Source: a plasmid. From it: a DNA stretch of 64,000 nucleotides. Under the pieces are notes generated by a model. That model worked only from the letters and a program-made list of their open reading frames with translations. It was not told the DNA's origin and made no database searches. The stretch lies in sequence record OW967251.1. One strand, given 5' to 3'. Of this stretch, positions 21,768 through 35,414 are shown piece after piece; within the stretch, counting starts at the first letter, position 1; every line of letters starts with the position of its first letter. The translations under genes and the position numbers were made by a program.

Positions 21768-23060
21768 ATGGCTTCTTTAAAGATAAAATATGCTGCAATA
21801 ATTATCAGCAGCCTCATAGCAGGGGGGCTGATATCGGTTACTGCCTGGCAGTATGTAAACTCATCACAAAAAACAGTACAAACCGAACAAAAGGCACCGG
21901 AGCGAAAGGTACTTTTCTGGTATGACCCGATGAAACCGGATACCAAATTTGATAAACCCGGAAAATCTCCCTTTATGGATATGGACCTGGTGCCGAAATA
22001 TGCTGATGAAAGTGGCGATGAAAGCAGTGGCGGGATCCGTATCGATCCAACGCAGGTTCAGAATCTGGGATTAAAAACGCAAAAAGTCACGCGAGGAATG
22101 CTGAATTATTCCCAGACAATCCCGGCTAATGTCAGTTACAACGAGTATCAGTTTGTCATTGTGCAGGCGCGCTCTGACGGTTTCGTCGAAAAAGTGTATC
22201 CCCTGACGATTGGCGATCATGTGAAGAAAGGCACTCCGCTTATCGATATCACCATTCCTGAATGGGTTGAGGCACAAAGTGAGTTCCTGCTGTTATCCGG
22301 TACAGGCGGTACGTCAACCCAGATAAAAGGGGTTCTGGAGCGACTTCGTCTGGCTGGTATGCCGGAAGAGGATATTCAAAGGCTGCGTTCAACCCGCACA
22401 ATCCAGACCCGTTTTACCATTAAAGCACCTATTGATGGTGTCATTACTGCGTTTGACCTGCGCACCGGCATGAATATTTCGAAAGATAAAGTAGTGGCTC
22501 AGATTCAGGGGATGGACCCGGTCTGGATCAGCGCTGCAGTGCCAGAATCTATCGCATATCTGCTGAAAGATACGTCGCAGTTTGAAATTTCGGTACCGGC
22601 TTATCCGGATAAAACATTCCATGTCGAAAAATGGAACATTCTTCCCAGCGTGGATCAGACAACCCGTACGCTTCAGGTCCGTCTCCAGGTTTCTAATAAG
22701 GATGAGTTTCTCAAGCCGGGCATGAATGCCTATCTGAAACTGAATACCAAGAGCCAGGAGATGCTGCTGATACCAAGCCAGGCCGTTATCGATACCGGCA
22801 AAGAACAGCGCGTGATTACTGTTGATGATGAAGGCAAGTTTGTGCCGAAACAGATCCACGTTCTGCATGAATCACAGCAACAGTCCGGCATCGGTTCCGG
22901 CCTGAATGAAGGCGATACCGTGGTGGTCAGTGGCCTGTTCCTCATTGACTCCGAAGCCAATATTACGGGCGCGCTGGAACGTATGCGCCACCCTGAAAAA
23001 ACAGAAAGCAGTATGCCAGCAATGTCTGACCAGCCTGTAAATATGCATTCAGGGCACTGA
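21768..23060 (+). CDS. silB: Membrane fusion protein SilB (CusB-like)
   Basis: 430-aa RND adaptor. Confidence 0.9.
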   Translation: MASLKIKYAAIIISSLIAGGLISVTAWQYVNSSQKTVQTEQKAPERKVLFWYDPMKPDTKFDKPGKSPFMDMDLVPKYADESGDESSGGIRIDPTQVQNLGLKTQKVTRGMLNYSQTIPANVSYNEYQFVIVQARSDGFVEKVYPLTIGDHVKKGTPLIDITIPEWVEAQSEFLLLSGTGGTSTQIKGVLERLRLAGMPEEDIQRLRSTRTIQTRFTIKAPIDGVITAFDLRTGMNISKDKVVAQIQGMDPVWISAAVPESIAYLLKDTSQFEISVPAYPDKTFHVEKWNILPSVDQTTRTLQVRLQVSNKDEFLKPGMNAYLKLNTKSQEMLLIPSQAVIDTGKEQRVITVDDEGKFVPKQIHVLHESQQQSGIGSGLNEGDTVVVSGLFLIDSEANITGALERMRHPEKTESSMPAMSDQPVNMHSGH

Positions 23061-23070
23061 GGAGACGACG

Positions 23071-26000
23071 ATGATTGAATGGATTATCCGGCGCTCTGTC
23101 GCCAACCGTTTCCTGGTCATGATGGGGGCCCTGTTTCTCAGCATCTGGGGTACATGGACGATTATTAACACGCCGGTCGATGCCTTGCCTGACCTGTCAG
23201 ATGTACAGGTCATTATCAAAACCAGCTATCCCGGCCAGGCCCCGCAGATTGTAGAAAACCAGGTCACCTATCCACTTACCACCACCATGCTGTCCGTACC
23301 TGGCGCAAAAACCGTGCGTGGTTTTTCACAGTTCGGGGATTCGTATGTGTATGTCATTTTTGAAGACGGCACCGATCTGTACTGGGCCCGTTCCCGCGTG
23401 CTGGAATATCTGAATCAGGTTCAGGGAAAACTGCCTGCCGGTGTGAGTTCTGAAATCGGTCCTGATGCCACGGGTGTGGGCTGGATTTTTGAATATGCCC
23501 TTGTCGATCGCAACGGAAAACACGACCTTTCAGAACTGCGCTCTCTGCAGGACTGGTTCCTGAAATTTGAGCTGAAAACCATCCCGAACGTGGCTGAGGT
23601 CGCTTCGGTTGGCGGCGTGGTGAAACAGTACCAGATTCAGGTCAATCCGGTAAAACTGTCCCAGTACGGTATCAGCCTGCCCGAAGTGAAACAGGCACTT
23701 GAATCGTCTAACCAGGAGGCCGGTGGCTCATCCGTTGAAATGGCCGAAGCGGAGTATATGGTCCGTGCCAGCGGTTATCTTCAGAGCATTGATGATTTTA
23801 ATAACATCGTCCTGAAAACAGGTGAGAACGGCGTGCCGGTTTATCTGCGGGATGTTGCCCGCGTGCAGACCGGGCCCGAAATGAGGCGTGGTATTGCCGA
23901 GCTGAACGGCCAGGGAGAAGTCGCTGGCGGCGTGGTGATCCTGCGGTCGGGTAAAAATGCGCGCGACGTTATCACGGCAGTGAGGGATAAACTGGAGACG
24001 CTGAAGGCCAGCCTGCCGGAAGGCGTTGAAATCGTGACCACCTACGATCGCAGCCAGTTAATCGACCGGGCGATTGATAACCTCAGTTACAAGCTTCTTG
24101 AAGAGTTTATCGTTGTTGCTGTCGTTTGCGCACTGTTCCTCTGGCATGTCCGTTCTGCCCTGGTGGCGATTATTTCTCTGCCACTTGGCCTGTGTATCGC
24201 CTTTATCGTCATGCACTTCCAGGGACTGAACGCCAATATCATGTCGCTGGGAGGGATAGCGATTGCCGTCGGTGCGATGGTGGATGCCGCCATTGTGATG
24301 ATTGAAAATGCGCACAAACGGCTTGAGGAGTGGGATCATCAGCATCCGGGTGAGCAGATTGACAACGCCACCCGCTGGAAGGTGATTACCGACGCCTCCG
24401 TGGAAGTGGGACCCGCGTTGTTCATTAGCCTGCTGATCATCACCCTGTCCTTTATTCCTATCTTTACCCTGGAAGGGCAGGAAGGTCGTCTGTTTGGCCC
24501 GCTGGCATTCACGAAAACGTACTCCATGGCGGGAGCGGCCGCACTGGCCATCATCGTCATTCCTATTCTGATGGGATTCTGGATCCGGGGGAAAATTCCT
24601 GCCGAGACAAGTAACCCCCTGAACCGGGTGCTGATCAAAGCGTATCATCCTTTGCTGCTGCGGGTCCTCCACTGGCCAAAAACAACCCTGCTGGTTGCGG
24701 CCTTGTCCATTTTCACGGTTATCTGGCCACTGAGTCAGGTGGGCGGTGAATTTCTGCCGAAGATTAACGAGGGCGATCTGCTGTATATGCCGTCGACCTT
24801 GCCTGGCGTCTCTCCGGCAGAAGCTGCAGCGCTCCTGCAGACAACAGACAAGTTAATCAAAAGCGTTCCTGAAGTGGCTTCTGTATTTGGCAAGACCGGT
24901 AAAGCAGAGACCGCAACGGATTCCGCGCCGCTCGAAATGGTGGAAACCACGATCCAGCTCAAACCTGAGGATCAGTGGCGTCCCGGCATGACAATTGACA
25001 AGATTATTGATGAACTCGACAGGACAGTCCGTTTACCGGGTCTGGCAAACCTCTGGGTGCCGCCTATCCGTAACCGTATTGATATGCTCTCAACCGGGAT
25101 CAAAAGCCCGATAGGTATCAAAGTGTCCGGGACTGTTCTGTCCGATATCGACGCGACGGCGCAGAGTATCGAGGCGGTAGCCAAAACCGTGCCTGGCGTG
25201 GTGTCTGTCCTGGCTGAGCGACTTGAGGGCGGGCGCTACATCGATATCGATATCAACCGGGAGAAAGCTTCCCGGTACGGGATGACTGTGGGCGACGTCC
25301 AGCTGTTCGTCTCTTCAGCAATCGGTGGGGCTATGGTGGGTGAGACGGTTGAAGGCGTGGCCCGGTACCCTATTAACATTCGCTATCCGCAGGATTACCG
25401 TAACAGTCCGCAGGCGTTGAGAGAGATGCCAATCCTGACCCCAATGAAGCAGCAAATTACGCTGGGCGATGTTGCCGATATTAAGGTCGTTTCCGGACCA
25501 ACCATGCTGAAAACCGAAAATGCCCGGCCAGCCAGCTGGATTTATGTTGATGCCCGCGGCAGGGACATGGTGTCGGTGGTGAACGATATTAAGACGGCCA
25601 TCAGTGAGAAAGTGAAACTGAGACCGGGGACCAGTGTGGCATTCTCAGGACAGTTTGAATTACTCGAGCACGCCAATAAGAAATTAAAACTGATGGTACC
25701 GATGACGGTGATGATCATCTTCATCCTGTTATATCTGGCATTCCGCCGGGCTGATGAGGCCTTACTTATTCTGATGAGCCTGCCGTTTGCCCTGGTTGGC
25801 GGGATATGGTTCCTGTACTGGCAGGGCTTCCATATGTCAGTGGCGACCGGAACCGGGTTTATCGCCCTGGCCGGGGTGGCAGCAGAGTTTGGCGTGGTCA
25901 TGCTGATGTATCTGCGTCATGCCATTGAAGCGCACCCGGAATTGTCCCGTAAAGAGACGTTCACACCGGAAGGCCTTGATGAAGCCCTCTATCATGGTGC

Positions 26001-26217
26001 CGTACTGCGTGTCCGGCCGAAAGCCATGACCGTGGCGGTGATCATTGCGGGTCTGCTGCCAATACTCTGGGGAACCGGTGCAGGTTCAGAAGTCATGAGC
26101 CGTATCGCGGCACCCATGATTGGTGGGATGATCACGGCTCCGCTGCTGTCCCTGTTCATTATTCCTGCCGCCTACAAATTAATCTGGCTGCGCAGACATA
26201 AAAAAAGCGTGTCCTGA
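23071..26217 (+). CDS. silA: RND efflux pump SilA (CusA-like, HME family)
   Basis: 1048 aa, 12-TM RND pump with the Met-rich periplasmic cleft. Confidence 0.95.
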   Translation: MIEWIIRRSVANRFLVMMGALFLSIWGTWTIINTPVDALPDLSDVQVIIKTSYPGQAPQIVENQVTYPLTTTMLSVPGAKTVRGFSQFGDSYVYVIFEDGTDLYWARSRVLEYLNQVQGKLPAGVSSEIGPDATGVGWIFEYALVDRNGKHDLSELRSLQDWFLKFELKTIPNVAEVASVGGVVKQYQIQVNPVKLSQYGISLPEVKQALESSNQEAGGSSVEMAEAEYMVRASGYLQSIDDFNNIVLKTGENGVPVYLRDVARVQTGPEMRRGIAELNGQGEVAGGVVILRSGKNARDVITAVRDKLETLKASLPEGVEIVTTYDRSQLIDRAIDNLSYKLLEEFIVVAVVCALFLWHVRSALVAIISLPLGLCIAFIVMHFQGLNANIMSLGGIAIAVGAMVDAAIVMIENAHKRLEEWDHQHPGEQIDNATRWKVITDASVEVGPALFISLLIITLSFIPIFTLEGQEGRLFGPLAFTKTYSMAGAAALAIIVIPILMGFWIRGKIPAETSNPLNRVLIKAYHPLLLRVLHWPKTTLLVAALSIFTVIWPLSQVGGEFLPKINEGDLLYMPSTLPGVSPAEAAALLQTTDKLIKSVPEVASVFGKTGKAETATDSAPLEMVETTIQLKPEDQWRPGMTIDKIIDELDRTVRLPGLANLWVPPIRNRIDMLSTGIKSPIGIKVSGTVLSDIDATAQSIEAVAKTVPGVVSVLAERLEGGRYIDIDINREKASRYGMTVGDVQLFVSSAIGGAMVGETVEGVARYPINIRYPQDYRNSPQALREMPILTPMKQQITLGDVADIKVVSGPTMLKTENARPASWIYVDARGRDMVSVVNDIKTAISEKVKLRPGTSVAFSGQFELLEHANKKLKLMVPMTVMIIFILLYLAFRRADEALLILMSLPFALVGGIWFLYWQGFHMSVATGTGFIALAGVAAEFGVVMLMYLRHAIEAHPELSRKETFTPEGLDEALYHGAVLRVRPKAMTVAVIIAGLLPILWGTGAGSEVMSRIAAPMIGGMITAPLLSLFIIPAAYKLIWLRRHKKSVS

Positions 26218-26303
26218 ACCTGAAAGGGCACCCCCTGTGGGTGTCCTTCTTTACTGATTCACCCTGACGTCAGGGTTTATATCGATAATATACAGAGGTG
26301 AGT

Positions 26304-26744
26304 ATGAAAAAAGTGGTTCTAATGGCGCTGGCTCTCGGCCTTTCACTACCCGCGATGGCGAGTGAAAAAGTGATTGATATGTACAAATCTGAAAACTGTG
26401 GCTGTTGTTCCCTGTGGGGCAAAGCGATGGAAAAAGACGGGTTTGAAGTACGAACTCACGTCATGAATGATCAGGCGCTGTCAGCCCTGAAAGAAAAGCA
26501 TGCTATTCCTGCAGGACTACGAAGTTGTCATACCGCGGTTGCCGGTAATTTGATCATTGAAGGCCATGTGCCTGCGACAACGATACATAAGGCAATGCAG
26601 TCTGGTTCGGGTATATACGGTCTCGCCACCCCCGGTATGCCAGCAGGAAGTCCTGGAATGGAGATGGGAGCCCGAAAAGAGGCTTACGATGTTATCGCAT
26701 TCTCACCGGATGGAAGTAAAAAAGTCTTCCAGCGAATCGAATAG
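26304..26744 (+). CDS. DUF411 periplasmic metal-binding protein (silG / ORF105)
   Basis: Signal peptide; CGCC and Met-rich motif GMPAGSPGMEMG. Sits in the conserved position between silA and silP. Confidence 0.8.
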   Translation: MKKVVLMALALGLSLPAMASEKVIDMYKSENCGCCSLWGKAMEKDGFEVRTHVMNDQALSALKEKHAIPAGLRSCHTAVAGNLIIEGHVPATTIHKAMQSGSGIYGLATPGMPAGSPGMEMGARKEAYDVIAFSPDGSKKVFQRIE

Positions 26745-26870
26745 TCAGCGGAACGGCTGATAACGGGACGCCGGTAGCAGGCACTCCTGTGCCGGCGATA
26801 TTCGTGGTAATCGCATCCATGACATACCCTGAAGACAGAAGATGCTTCGGTATGCATAAGGAGAGTTACT

Positions 26871-29318
26871 GTGAAAAATGACAATGCAGTGCAACACAAC
26901 AACCAGACTGCTTCTGAGCAGACATTATCCCCGGACGAGGGCCACGTATTGCATAAGGTGAGAGATCCCGTGTGCGGGATGGCCATCCTGCCCGACAGGG
27001 CGCACAGCAGCATTCGATACCAGGACCACCAACTTTATTTCTGCTCCGCCAGCTGTGAGAGTAAATTTAAAGCCCATCCCGATCGTTATCTTACCGAAGA
27101 TGCCAGTGAACATTCCCATCACCATCACCACGATCATCACGAAGTCAGCCCTGATCAGATAAAACAGCCTCACAACCAGGCGGAAAAAGAGAATTCTGAA
27201 GGTGTGTGGACATGTCCGATGCACCCGGAGATACGCCGCAGTGGTCCCGGAAGCTGTCCTGTCTGTGGAATGGCACTGGAGCCGCTCGTAGCTACGGCAT
27301 CCACGGGGCCGAGTGATGAACTTCACGACATGACAAGACGCTTCTGGCTGGGGTTGTTGCTGGCGTTTCCGGTTCTGGTACTCGAAATGGGATCTCATCT
27401 GTTTCCCGACTTGAGGAATACAGTACCGCCACAGTACAACACATGGCTGCAGTTGCTTCTGGCCTCCCCTGTCGTGTTGTGGTGTGGCTGGCCATTCTTC
27501 GCCCGGGCCGGAATGTCGTTACGTAACCGCTCCCTGAATATGTTTACCCTTGTTGCAATGGGGACCGGCGTAGCCTGGGTTTACAGCGTCATTGCAACCG
27601 TCTTCCCCTCCTGGTTTCCTGCATCGTTCAGAAACATGGATGGCCTGGTGGCCGTTTATTTTGAAGCCGCAGCAGTTATTACGGTGCTTGTTCTGCTGGG
27701 ACAGGTTCTTGAGCTGCGGGCACGGGAACAAACCTCAGGCGCCATTACTGCGCTTCTGAACCTTGCCCCCAAAACCGCCAGACGGCTGGATCATGACGGT
27801 CATGAAACGGATATTAATGCGGAAGATGTCCTGCCTGGCGATAAGCTCCGCATCAGACCTGGAGAGAGTATTCCGGTCGACGGTATCGTGATCGAAGGCA
27901 AAACAACCGTTGATGAATCGATGGTGACCGGGGAGTCTATGCCGGTTACCAAAACGAAGGGTGACCCTGTCATTGGGGGGACGATTAATCAGACAGGTAG
28001 TCTTATCATCCGTGCAGAGAAAGTCGGTGATGAAACGATGCTCTCACGAATTGTTCAGATGGTCGCTGATGCACAGCGTTCGCGTGCCCCCATCCAGAGA
28101 ATGGCAGACAGCGTTTCAGGCTGGTTTGTTCCTCTGGTGATACTTATCGCGGTTGTTGCTTTCTTGATCTGGTCTGTCTGGGGGCCCGAGCCCAGGATGG
28201 CGCACGGTCTCATTGCGGCTGTGTCGGTCCTGATTATTGCCTGTCCCTGCGCGCTGGGACTGGCCACGCCGATGTCGATAATGGTGGGGGTGGGCAAAGG
28301 CGCCCAGGCCGGGGTGTTAATCAAGAATGCCGAAGCCCTTGAGCGTCTTGAAAAAGTGGACACGCTGGTTGTCGACAAAACAGGCACGCTCACGGAAGGT
28401 TCGCCTACGGTGACAGGGATTATCAGTCTCAGTCCGGGTGGGGAAATATCTCTTTTACGTGTAACAGCTGCAGTGGAAAAAGGTTCGCAGCATCCGTTGG
28501 GTATGGCTGTTGTCAGAGCCGCGCATGAAAAGGGGATCGTGATACCTGCCGTCAGTAATTTCAATGCCCCGTCGGGGAAAGGTGTCTCAGGCGATGTCGA
28601 AGGTCAACGGGTTGTTATTGGTAATGAACTGGCTATGCAGGAAAACAGTATCGTTATTGATAATCAAAAGGCCGTTGCGGATACGTTGCGGATGGAAGGC
28701 GCTACCGTTATCTATGTGGCCACAGACGGGAACCTTGCAGGCCTGATAGCTATCTCGGATCCCGTGAAAGCAACCACGCCGGATGCGCTTAAAGCTTTGC
28801 GTCAGGCGGGGATCCGCATTGTTATGCTCACCGGGGATAACCAGCTTACTGCTGAAGCAGTCGCACGGAAACTGGGAATAGATGAGGTTGAAGCCGGGAT
28901 TCTGCCGGATGGCAAAAAAGCAGTGATAACCCGACTGAAAGCGTCTGGCCATGTGGTTGCGATGGCCGGAGACGGTGTGAATGATGCCCCGGCGCTGGCA
29001 GCGGCTGACGTGGGTATAGCCATGGGAACGGGTACAGATGTGGCAATAGAAAGTGCTGGCGTTACCCTTCTCAAAGGCGATTTGATGATACTCAACAGGG
29101 CCCGTCATCTGTCAGAAATCACCATGAAAAATATCCGGCAGAATCTGTTTTTTGCGTTTATCTACAATGCTCTTGGGGTGCCTGTAGCTGCAGGTCTGCT
29201 TTATCCTGTGTATGGAATACTGCTGTCGCCAGTTATTGCGGCGGCGGCTATGGCCCTTTCCTCCGTTAGCGTCATTGCAAATGCGTTGCGTCTGAAAAGT
29301 GTCAGGCTCGGGAAATAA
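26871..29318 (+). CDS. silP: P1B-type Ag+/Cu+ exporting ATPase SilP
   Basis: 815 aa with CPC motif ([11 protein letters not shown]), DKTGTLT and GDGVNDAP. His-rich N-terminus [10 protein letters not shown]. Confidence 0.9.
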   Translation: MKNDNAVQHNNQTASEQTLSPDEGHVLHKVRDPVCGMAILPDRAHSSIRYQDHQLYFCSASCESKFKAHPDRYLTEDASEHSHHHHHDHHEVSPDQIKQPHNQAEKENSEGVWTCPMHPEIRRSGPGSCPVCGMALEPLVATASTGPSDELHDMTRRFWLGLLLAFPVLVLEMGSHLFPDLRNTVPPQYNTWLQLLLASPVVLWCGWPFFARAGMSLRNRSLNMFTLVAMGTGVAWVYSVIATVFPSWFPASFRNMDGLVAVYFEAAAVITVLVLLGQVLELRAREQTSGAITALLNLAPKTARRLDHDGHETDINAEDVLPGDKLRIRPGESIPVDGIVIEGKTTVDESMVTGESMPVTKTKGDPVIGGTINQTGSLIIRAEKVGDETMLSRIVQMVADAQRSRAPIQRMADSVSGWFVPLVILIAVVAFLIWSVWGPEPRMAHGLIAAVSVLIIACPCALGLATPMSIMVGVGKGAQAGVLIKNAEALERLEKVDTLVVDKTGTLTEGSPTVTGIISLSPGGEISLLRVTAAVEKGSQHPLGMAVVRAAHEKGIVIPAVSNFNAPSGKGVSGDVEGQRVVIGNELAMQENSIVIDNQKAVADTLRMEGATVIYVATDGNLAGLIAISDPVKATTPDALKALRQAGIRIVMLTGDNQLTAEAVARKLGIDEVEAGILPDGKKAVITRLKASGHVVAMAGDGVNDAPALAAADVGIAMGTGTDVAIESAGVTLLKGDLMILNRARHLSEITMKNIRQNLFFAFIYNALGVPVAAGLLYPVYGILLSPVIAAAAMALSSVSVIANALRLKSVRLGK

Positions 29319-29358
29319 CCCTGAATGAAGGGTCTGTTACTAACAGAAGGAGTCCGGT

Positions 29359-29556
29359 ATGAAAAGTACCACCTATGCGCTTATTGCTGTCGCCGCGATT
29401 GCGGCATTTGCCCTCCTGCGCGAACACTGGTCACATGTGGCAGGTTACTGGCCATATCTGTTATTGCTGGTCTGCCCGCTAATGCATCTTTTCCACGGCC
29501 ACGGAGGGCATGGAGATCATCAACATCAAGGAAGTGAAAACGATAAAAAAAATTAA
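29359..29556 (+). CDS. Small His-rich membrane protein (DUF2933-like) downstream of silP
   Basis: 65 aa, one TM, C-terminal HLFHGHGGHGDHQHQ. Confidence 0.55.
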   Translation: MKSTTYALIAVAAIAAFALLREHWSHVAGYWPYLLLLVCPLMHLFHGHGGHGDHQHQGSENDKKN

Positions 29557-29566
29557 TCCGGCAGAC

Positions 29567-29585
29567 GGGGCCGCGTCGCGGCCCC
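29567..29585. terminator. GC-rich hairpin between convergent silP-region and M23 peptidase genes (bidirectional terminator)
   Basis: GGGGCCGCGTCGCGGCCCC perfect inverted repeat. Confidence 0.5.
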
Positions 29586-29589
29586 GTTA

Positions 29590-30327
29590 TCAGTCCAGGT
29601 ATCGTTCGTAGTCTCTGGCATGCGCAAAGGCATGCTGTTCAAGTTTGTTATCAGCGGGTGCCGCTGCCCGGAACGCCAGTGAGTTAACAGGATTGTTATT
29701 GATGACCAGCTCGTAATGCAGATGAGGACCGGATGAACGTCCGCTGTTACCGGATAACGCAATAGCGTCTCCCCGGGTAACCCTGGCCCCTTTAGTAACG
29801 AGTATTTTATTGAGGTGGAGATAGCGAGTTTTAACACCGGCTTTTCCCGTTACTTCAACAAAATATCCCATGGTACTGTTGTATTCGGCCCGGGTGATTT
29901 TTCCGTCGATGACGCTGACTATTTTCGTGTTCATGGGCATGGAATAATCAATGCCATTATGGGGACTCACTTTTCCCGATACCGGGTTAAGTCTTGCAGG
30001 ATTGAAAGGCGAACTGAGTCTTGCTGTGGCCGGTAACGGATAATCGAGACTGCCTTTCCCGGAAGTATCGGAAAGGTTATAGAACTTTTTATCTGATATA
30101 CGATACGCCGTGTAATTAAATGAACCGGACGTAAATTTATAGGCCACGACACGTGATTTTCCCGCTTTCTTTTGCAGTACGAGTTTTAATGATTCATTTT
30201 TTTTCAAATGCCGCAGATTAAACCGGGAAGGCAAGGAGCGCTGAAGAGTAGCGATCTCGTTCGATTCCAGCCCCGAGCGGGTGGCTGAAAGGTAGGCATT
30301 TTCTTTTACGACATCGGTAGAATACAT
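29590..30327 (-). CDS. M23-family metallopeptidase (pcoG-like gene in the sil-pco linker)
   Basis: HNGIDYSMP...GNSGRSSGPHLHYEL motifs of M23B peptidases. Confidence 0.8.
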   Translation of the reverse strand: MYSTDVVKENAYLSATRSGLESNEIATLQRSLPSRFNLRHLKKNESLKLVLQKKAGKSRVVAYKFTSGSFNYTAYRISDKKFYNLSDTSGKGSLDYPLPATARLSSPFNPARLNPVSGKVSPHNGIDYSMPMNTKIVSVIDGKITRAEYNSTMGYFVEVTGKAGVKTRYLHLNKILVTKGARVTRGDAIALSGNSGRSSGPHLHYELVINNNPVNSLAFRAAAPADNKLEQHAFAHARDYERYLD

Positions 30328-30615
30328 TTACTGGAATTCGCCGTTAGCATGAACACTGCGGCGTATGCTAGGGGTTTTCAGGAGGCGTGTCATCTGTCAG
30401 TTAATCGGGAGCACCGTTGATGGTCGTCATTTTTGTAACATATCTTGTTTCCCGTTTGCTCCTGAAGCTCTGGGAACTGTATGACCAGCCCGACGGTGAT
30501 GATTAACGGGACTGAAACAGGTTACGGCAGAGCAATATGGGGCTCATGTCCTGCTACGTAACCCGTCAGTAAAGCCCTGCTGCGCACCTGACGCTAAGCA
30601 CTAACCCGCCTGCAG

Positions 30616-31065
30616 TTACCTGGTCGAATACAGCCCGCGAAGCTTTCTTGCCTGCGTCTGATGTGCTTCCGCACCGGCATTATTGACCTGCTCATGCACG
30701 AGAGCGGCTTTTTCTCCGGCATTCAGTTCGTTAAAAGAAGAAGACGAGGTCTTTGAATTTGCATCACTGCCGGACAGCATTTTTTTATGTTCCTCAATCA
30801 TTTTCTGATGCGCATAGGACGCGCTGTTGTTCATAAATGAATGAGCAACAATGGCCCTTTCATGTTCATTCATTTCAGAGAATGAGGGCGTGTTGTTTTT
30901 ATTAACCCTGTCCGGTAAGTTTTCATGCGTCGAGGAGTTCACATGACTGACGGCTGAGGCATTATTAACAAATCGATGTGCTTCATGGGCAATATCACTG
31001 GACTGAGCAAAAGCTGCCCCACAAAATAAAGCTGTAAACGCAGTGGTCGTGATTAATATATTCAT
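30616..31065 (-). CDS. pcoE: PcoE/SilE-family periplasmic metal-binding protein (pcoE1-like)
   Basis: 149 aa, signal peptide, His/Met-rich (MNEHERAIVAHSFMNN). Confidence 0.8.
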   Translation of the reverse strand: MNILITTTAFTALFCGAAFAQSSDIAHEAHRFVNNASAVSHVNSSTHENLPDRVNKNNTPSFSEMNEHERAIVAHSFMNNSASYAHQKMIEEHKKMLSGSDANSKTSSSSFNELNAGEKAALVHEQVNNAGAEAHQTQARKLRGLYSTR

Positions 31066-31164
31066 GTGTAATTACCTTCTGAGGTACATAAAAGATGTCC
31101 TTATGATCATATATAAAAAAATCAACCTGTGGGGAAGATGACGTAAATGTAATACAGCCACGTA

Positions 31165-31182
31165 CATTACACGATTGTAATG
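31165..31182. promoter_or_regulatory. Palindromic copper-box-like operator in the pcoE1-pcoA divergent region
   Basis: CATTACACGATTGTAATG, perfect 7-bp arms. Confidence 0.45.
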
Positions 31183-31298
31183 AATTTGTTTCTTAAGGTG
31201 TGCTAGATTCATTTCATTGTAAGTGGATGAACCAGTAATTTAATTTAAATCGGTTCTCGAATTCTGTCAGTAACCATACTTTAAATAAGGGAATGCGC

Positions 31299-33116
31299 AT
31301 GCTGTTGAAAACGTCTCGACGAACTTTCCTGAAGGGGTTAACCCTCTCTGGCGTAGCCGGAAGTCTTGGCGTATGGAGTTTCAATGCGCGTTCCAGTCTG
31401 AGCCTGCCAGTTGCCGCATCCCTGCAGGGTACTCAGTTTGACCTGACCATTGGTGAAACGGCCGTCAATATCACGGGCAGTGAGCGTCAGGCCAAAACAA
31501 TCAATGGAGGCCTGCCGGGGCCCGTTCTTCGCTGGAAAGAAGGTGACACCATTACCCTGAAGGTCAAAAACCGTCTTAATGAACAGACGTCCATTCACTG
31601 GCACGGCATTATTCTTCCGGCCAATATGGATGGTGTTCCGGGGCTGAGTTTTATGGGCATAGAGCCTGATGATACCTACGTTTACACCTTTAAGGTTAAG
31701 CAGAACGGGACTTACTGGTACCACAGCCATTCCGGTCTGCAGGAACAGGAGGGGGTATACGGTGCCATTATCATCGATGCTAGGGATCCAGAACCGTTTG
31801 CTTACGATCGTGAGCATGTGGTCATGTTGTCTGACTGGACCGATGAAAATCCTCACAGCCTGCTGAAAAAATTAAAAAAACAGTCGGATTACTACAATTT
31901 CAATAAACCAACCGTTGGCTCTTTTTTCCGCGACGTGAATACCAGGGGGCTGTCAGCCACCATTGCCGATCGGAAAATGTGGGCTGAAATGAAAATGAAT
32001 CCGACTGACCTCGCGGATGTCAGTGGCTACACCTACACCTATCTCATGAACGGGCAGGCCCCGCTGAAAAACTGGACCGGACTGTTCCGTCCCGGTGAAA
32101 AGATACGCTTACGGTTTATCAACGGCTCGGCAATGACCTATTTCGATATCCGTATCCCCGGGCTGAAAATGACGGTCGTGGCTGCAGATGGCCAGTATGT
32201 AAACCCGGTTACCGTTGACGAATTCAGGATTGCCGTTGCCGAAACCTATGATGTCATTGTGGAGCCTCAGGGTGAGGCCTATACCATCTTCGCACAATCC
32301 ATGGACAGGACCGGTTACGCTCGAGGGACACTGGCCACGAGAGAAGGGTTAAGTGCTGCCGTTCCCCCCCTCGATCCCCGTCCTCTGTTGACCATGGAAG
32401 ATATGGGTATGGGGGGAATGGGACATGATATGGCAGGAATGGACCACAGCCAGATGGGAGGCATGGATAACAGCGGAGAGATGATGTCTATGGACGGTGC
32501 TGACCTTCCGGATAGCGGGACATCCTCCGCGCCCATGGATCACAGCAGCATGGCCGGTATGGATCATTCCCGGATGGCCGGAATGCCGGGTATGCAAAGT
32601 CATCCTGCGTCAGAAACGGATAACCCACTGGTTGATATGCAGGCGATGAGCGTCTCTCCGAAATTAAATGATCCGGGTATTGGTCTTCGAAATAACGGAA
32701 GAAAGGTTCTCACGTACGCGGATTTGAAAAGCCGCTTTGAGGATCCTGACGGACGTGAACCTGGCCGTACCATAGAACTGCATTTAACCGGCCACATGGA
32801 AAAGTTTGCCTGGTCATTTAACGGAATCAAGTTTTCAGATGCCGCACCGGTGCTGCTGAAATACGGTGAGCGGCTCAGGATCACGCTGATCAACGATACC
32901 ATGATGACTCACCCCATTCACCTGCATGGTATGTGGAGCGATCTGGAAGATGAAAACGGTAATTTCATGGTTCGTAAACACACAATAGATGTTCCCCCTG
33001 GTACAAAACGCAGTTACAGAGTGACAGCAGATGCGCTTGGCCGCTGGGCGTATCACTGCCATTTGCTCTATCACATGGAAATGGGAATGTTTCGTGAAGT
33101 CCGGGTGGAGGAATGA
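31299..33116 (+). CDS. pcoA: Multicopper oxidase PcoA
   Basis: Tat signal SRRTFLKG; cupredoxin His motifs HWHG and [12 protein letters not shown]; Met-rich insert [16 protein letters not shown]. Confidence 0.9.
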   Translation: MLLKTSRRTFLKGLTLSGVAGSLGVWSFNARSSLSLPVAASLQGTQFDLTIGETAVNITGSERQAKTINGGLPGPVLRWKEGDTITLKVKNRLNEQTSIHWHGIILPANMDGVPGLSFMGIEPDDTYVYTFKVKQNGTYWYHSHSGLQEQEGVYGAIIIDARDPEPFAYDREHVVMLSDWTDENPHSLLKKLKKQSDYYNFNKPTVGSFFRDVNTRGLSATIADRKMWAEMKMNPTDLADVSGYTYTYLMNGQAPLKNWTGLFRPGEKIRLRFINGSAMTYFDIRIPGLKMTVVAADGQYVNPVTVDEFRIAVAETYDVIVEPQGEAYTIFAQSMDRTGYARGTLATREGLSAAVPPLDPRPLLTMEDMGMGGMGHDMAGMDHSQMGGMDNSGEMMSMDGADLPDSGTSSAPMDHSSMAGMDHSRMAGMPGMQSHPASETDNPLVDMQAMSVSPKLNDPGIGLRNNGRKVLTYADLKSRFEDPDGREPGRTIELHLTGHMEKFAWSFNGIKFSDAAPVLLKYGERLRITLINDTMMTHPIHLHGMWSDLEDENGNFMVRKHTIDVPPGTKRSYRVTADALGRWAYHCHLLYHMEMGMFREVRVEE

Positions 33117-34012
33117 TGCGAATGAAGAGAAATTTGAAGGCCATACCTGTTCTGGTCGCCGGTTTGTTTACCTCACAGCTTTCTATTGCGGCGGGCTCCG
33201 TCTCTGCAGATCCCCACGCCGGGCACGACATGTCTGCCATGCAGATGCCAGCAGATGAGAATTTCACTGAGATGACGTCAATGGAGCCCATTGTAACTGA
33301 GAGCAGAACGCCAATTCCGCCTGTTACCGATGCCGACCGGAAGGCTGCATTCGGCAATTTACAGGGGCATGCGATTCACGACAGTGCGATTAATTATCTG
33401 GTTCTGCTGGATCAACTGGAATGGCAACGGTCGGATAACACCAACAATTTCAGCTGGAGTGTTAACAGCTGGATTGGAGGCGACACAGATCGGATTTGGC
33501 TAAAGAGTGAAGGTGAACGAAGCAATGGGGAAACGGAGGCGGCTGAAGCGCAGTTACTCTGGGGACATGCGGTTGGCCCATGGTGGGATTTGGTTGCGGG
33601 TGTCAGGCAGGATTTCAGACCTGCTTCTGCCCGGACCTGGGCTGCTGTCGGTTTTCAGGGGCTGGCACTCTATAATTTTGAGTCTGAAATTACGGGTTTT
33701 GTCAGTAATGGCGGAAAAGCAGCCCTTCGTCTGGGAGGAGAATACGACGTTTTACTGACTAACCGGCTCATACTCCAGCCATCCTATGAGGTGAATTTCT
33801 ACAGTCAGGATGATGAATCGCGGGGTCGCGGCAGGGGACTGACTGACACAGAGCTGGGGCTCCGGCTGCGCTATGAAATACGCCGTGAGTTTGCACCCTA
33901 TATAGGCGTTTCCTGGAATCAACTTTACGGGAAAACATCCGATATGGCGAAAAGAGAAGGTGAGAAAGACCATCAGGTAGTATTCCTGGCGGGAGCCAGA
34001 ATCTGGTTTTAA
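33113..34012 (+). CDS. pcoB: Outer-membrane copper resistance protein PcoB
   Basis: About 296 aa with signal peptide. Start overlaps the pcoA stop (ATGA). Confidence 0.9.
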   Translation: MMRMKRNLKAIPVLVAGLFTSQLSIAAGSVSADPHAGHDMSAMQMPADENFTEMTSMEPIVTESRTPIPPVTDADRKAAFGNLQGHAIHDSAINYLVLLDQLEWQRSDNTNNFSWSVNSWIGGDTDRIWLKSEGERSNGETEAAEAQLLWGHAVGPWWDLVAGVRQDFRPASARTWAAVGFQGLALYNFESEITGFVSNGGKAALRLGGEYDVLLTNRLILQPSYEVNFYSQDDESRGRGRGLTDTELGLRLRYEIRREFAPYIGVSWNQLYGKTSDMAKREGEKDHQVVFLAGARIWF

Positions 34013-34051
34013 CGCACTGATATAAAACACTCAACTAAACAGGTAAATAAA

Positions 34052-34432
34052 ATGTCGATTTTAAATAAAGCCATTCTTACAGGTGGCCTCGTTATGGGCG
34101 TTGCTTTCTCTGCTATGGCCCATCCGGAATTAAAAAGCTCTGTGCCACAGGCTGATTCAGCCGTAGCGGCCCCGGAAAAGATTCAGCTTAATTTCTCGGA
34201 AAATCTGACCGTGAAATTCTCAGGTGCAAAATTAACGATGACGGGTATGAAAGGCATGTCATCACATTCTCCGATGCCGGTCGCGGCAAAAGTGGCGCCA
34301 GGCGCTGACCCTAAATCGATGGTCATTATTCCGCGAGAGCCTTTACCCGCTGGCACTTATCGTGTTGACTGGCGCGCGGTTTCTTCAGATACGCACCCTA
34401 TTACCGGTAATTACACCTTTACAGTGAAGTAA
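34052..34432 (+). CDS. pcoC: Periplasmic copper-binding protein PcoC
   Basis: 126-aa CopC fold with the Met-rich loop [13 protein letters not shown]. Confidence 0.9.
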   Translation: MSILNKAILTGGLVMGVAFSAMAHPELKSSVPQADSAVAAPEKIQLNFSENLTVKFSGAKLTMTGMKGMSSHSPMPVAAKVAPGADPKSMVIIPREPLPAGTYRVDWRAVSSDTHPITGNYTFTVK

Positions 34433-34436
34433 TATT

Positions 34437-35366
34437 ATGAACGACCTGATTATGATTGTTATTCGTTTTCTTCTTTATCTGGATTTGATGGTAATATTTG
34501 GATTGCCATTTTTTCAGATATATGGAATAAGCGGTGTCAGACATGAAACCTATAACCTGACTAATTTCAGGTCGTTTATAACCTTTGCTGTTGTTACAGG
34601 CATCATTCTTACTGGCATTAATATGCTCCTGGTATCTAATGCCATGAGTGGAGTAACTGACCTCAGAGAATTATCCATCCATGTTATCGAGATGGTGATA
34701 GAAGAAACTGATGTGGGTATTAGCTGGATTGTCAGACTCTGTGCCCTGTTTACCACACTCGGTGCTTTGTTCCTTTACACTAATAAGAGAGTATTGTCCT
34801 GCCTGCTGATGACGATGAGTGGGGGCGTGGCGCTGGCTACACTTGCCTGGGGAGGACACGCCGTTATGCATGACGGTCTGCATTACTATCTCCATTTACT
34901 GAGCGATCTGACCCATCTCGGCGCTGCAGGTGCCTGGACAGGTGCTCTGGTTGCATTTGCTATCCTGCTGATGCGCAGAAACGAGCATAATGCACAGAGC
35001 GTCATTGTGATATCTGACTCCCTGGCAAAATTTGCCACGGCAGGAACGGTGATTGTTGTAGCCCTGATCCTGAGTGCGCTGGTCAACTATCTGTATATTG
35101 CTGAGGGTAACTTAACTCCCTTATTCAACAGTTCCTGGGGGAGGATATTGCTTGCCAAGACGGCTCTGTTTGTTCTGATGCTTCTTCTGGCTGCAGCAAA
35201 CCGGTTTCACCTGGGTCCCCGGCTTGAAGTTATGGTCAGGGAAGGGAATTATGATCGCAGCGTTGCCCTGATGCGAAACAGCATCCTGACAGAATTCGTT
35301 GTTGCGATTATCATTCTGGGCGCCGTAGCGTGGCTTGGAATGCTTGCTCCGTCTCAGATCAGCTAG
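34437..35366 (+). CDS. pcoD: Inner-membrane copper transport protein PcoD
   Basis: 309-aa, 8-TM CopD family. Confidence 0.9.
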   Translation: MNDLIMIVIRFLLYLDLMVIFGLPFFQIYGISGVRHETYNLTNFRSFITFAVVTGIILTGINMLLVSNAMSGVTDLRELSIHVIEMVIEETDVGISWIVRLCALFTTLGALFLYTNKRVLSCLLMTMSGGVALATLAWGGHAVMHDGLHYYLHLLSDLTHLGAAGAWTGALVAFAILLMRRNEHNAQSVIVISDSLAKFATAGTVIVVALILSALVNYLYIAEGNLTPLFNSSWGRILLAKTALFVLMLLLAAANRFHLGPRLEVMVREGNYDRSVALMRNSILTEFVVAIIILGAVAWLGMLAPSQIS

Positions 35367-35414
35367 GGGACAGCCAAAGCTCATGCGTGAGATTTTTACT
35401 TTCATATCAGCGAG

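Noticed and set aside
24058-24672. 204-aa minus-strand ORF and neighbours inside silA, and similar antisense ORFs in silP, pcoA, arsA and arsB
   Set aside because: Antisense to long, motif-rich genes; no RBS or independent support.
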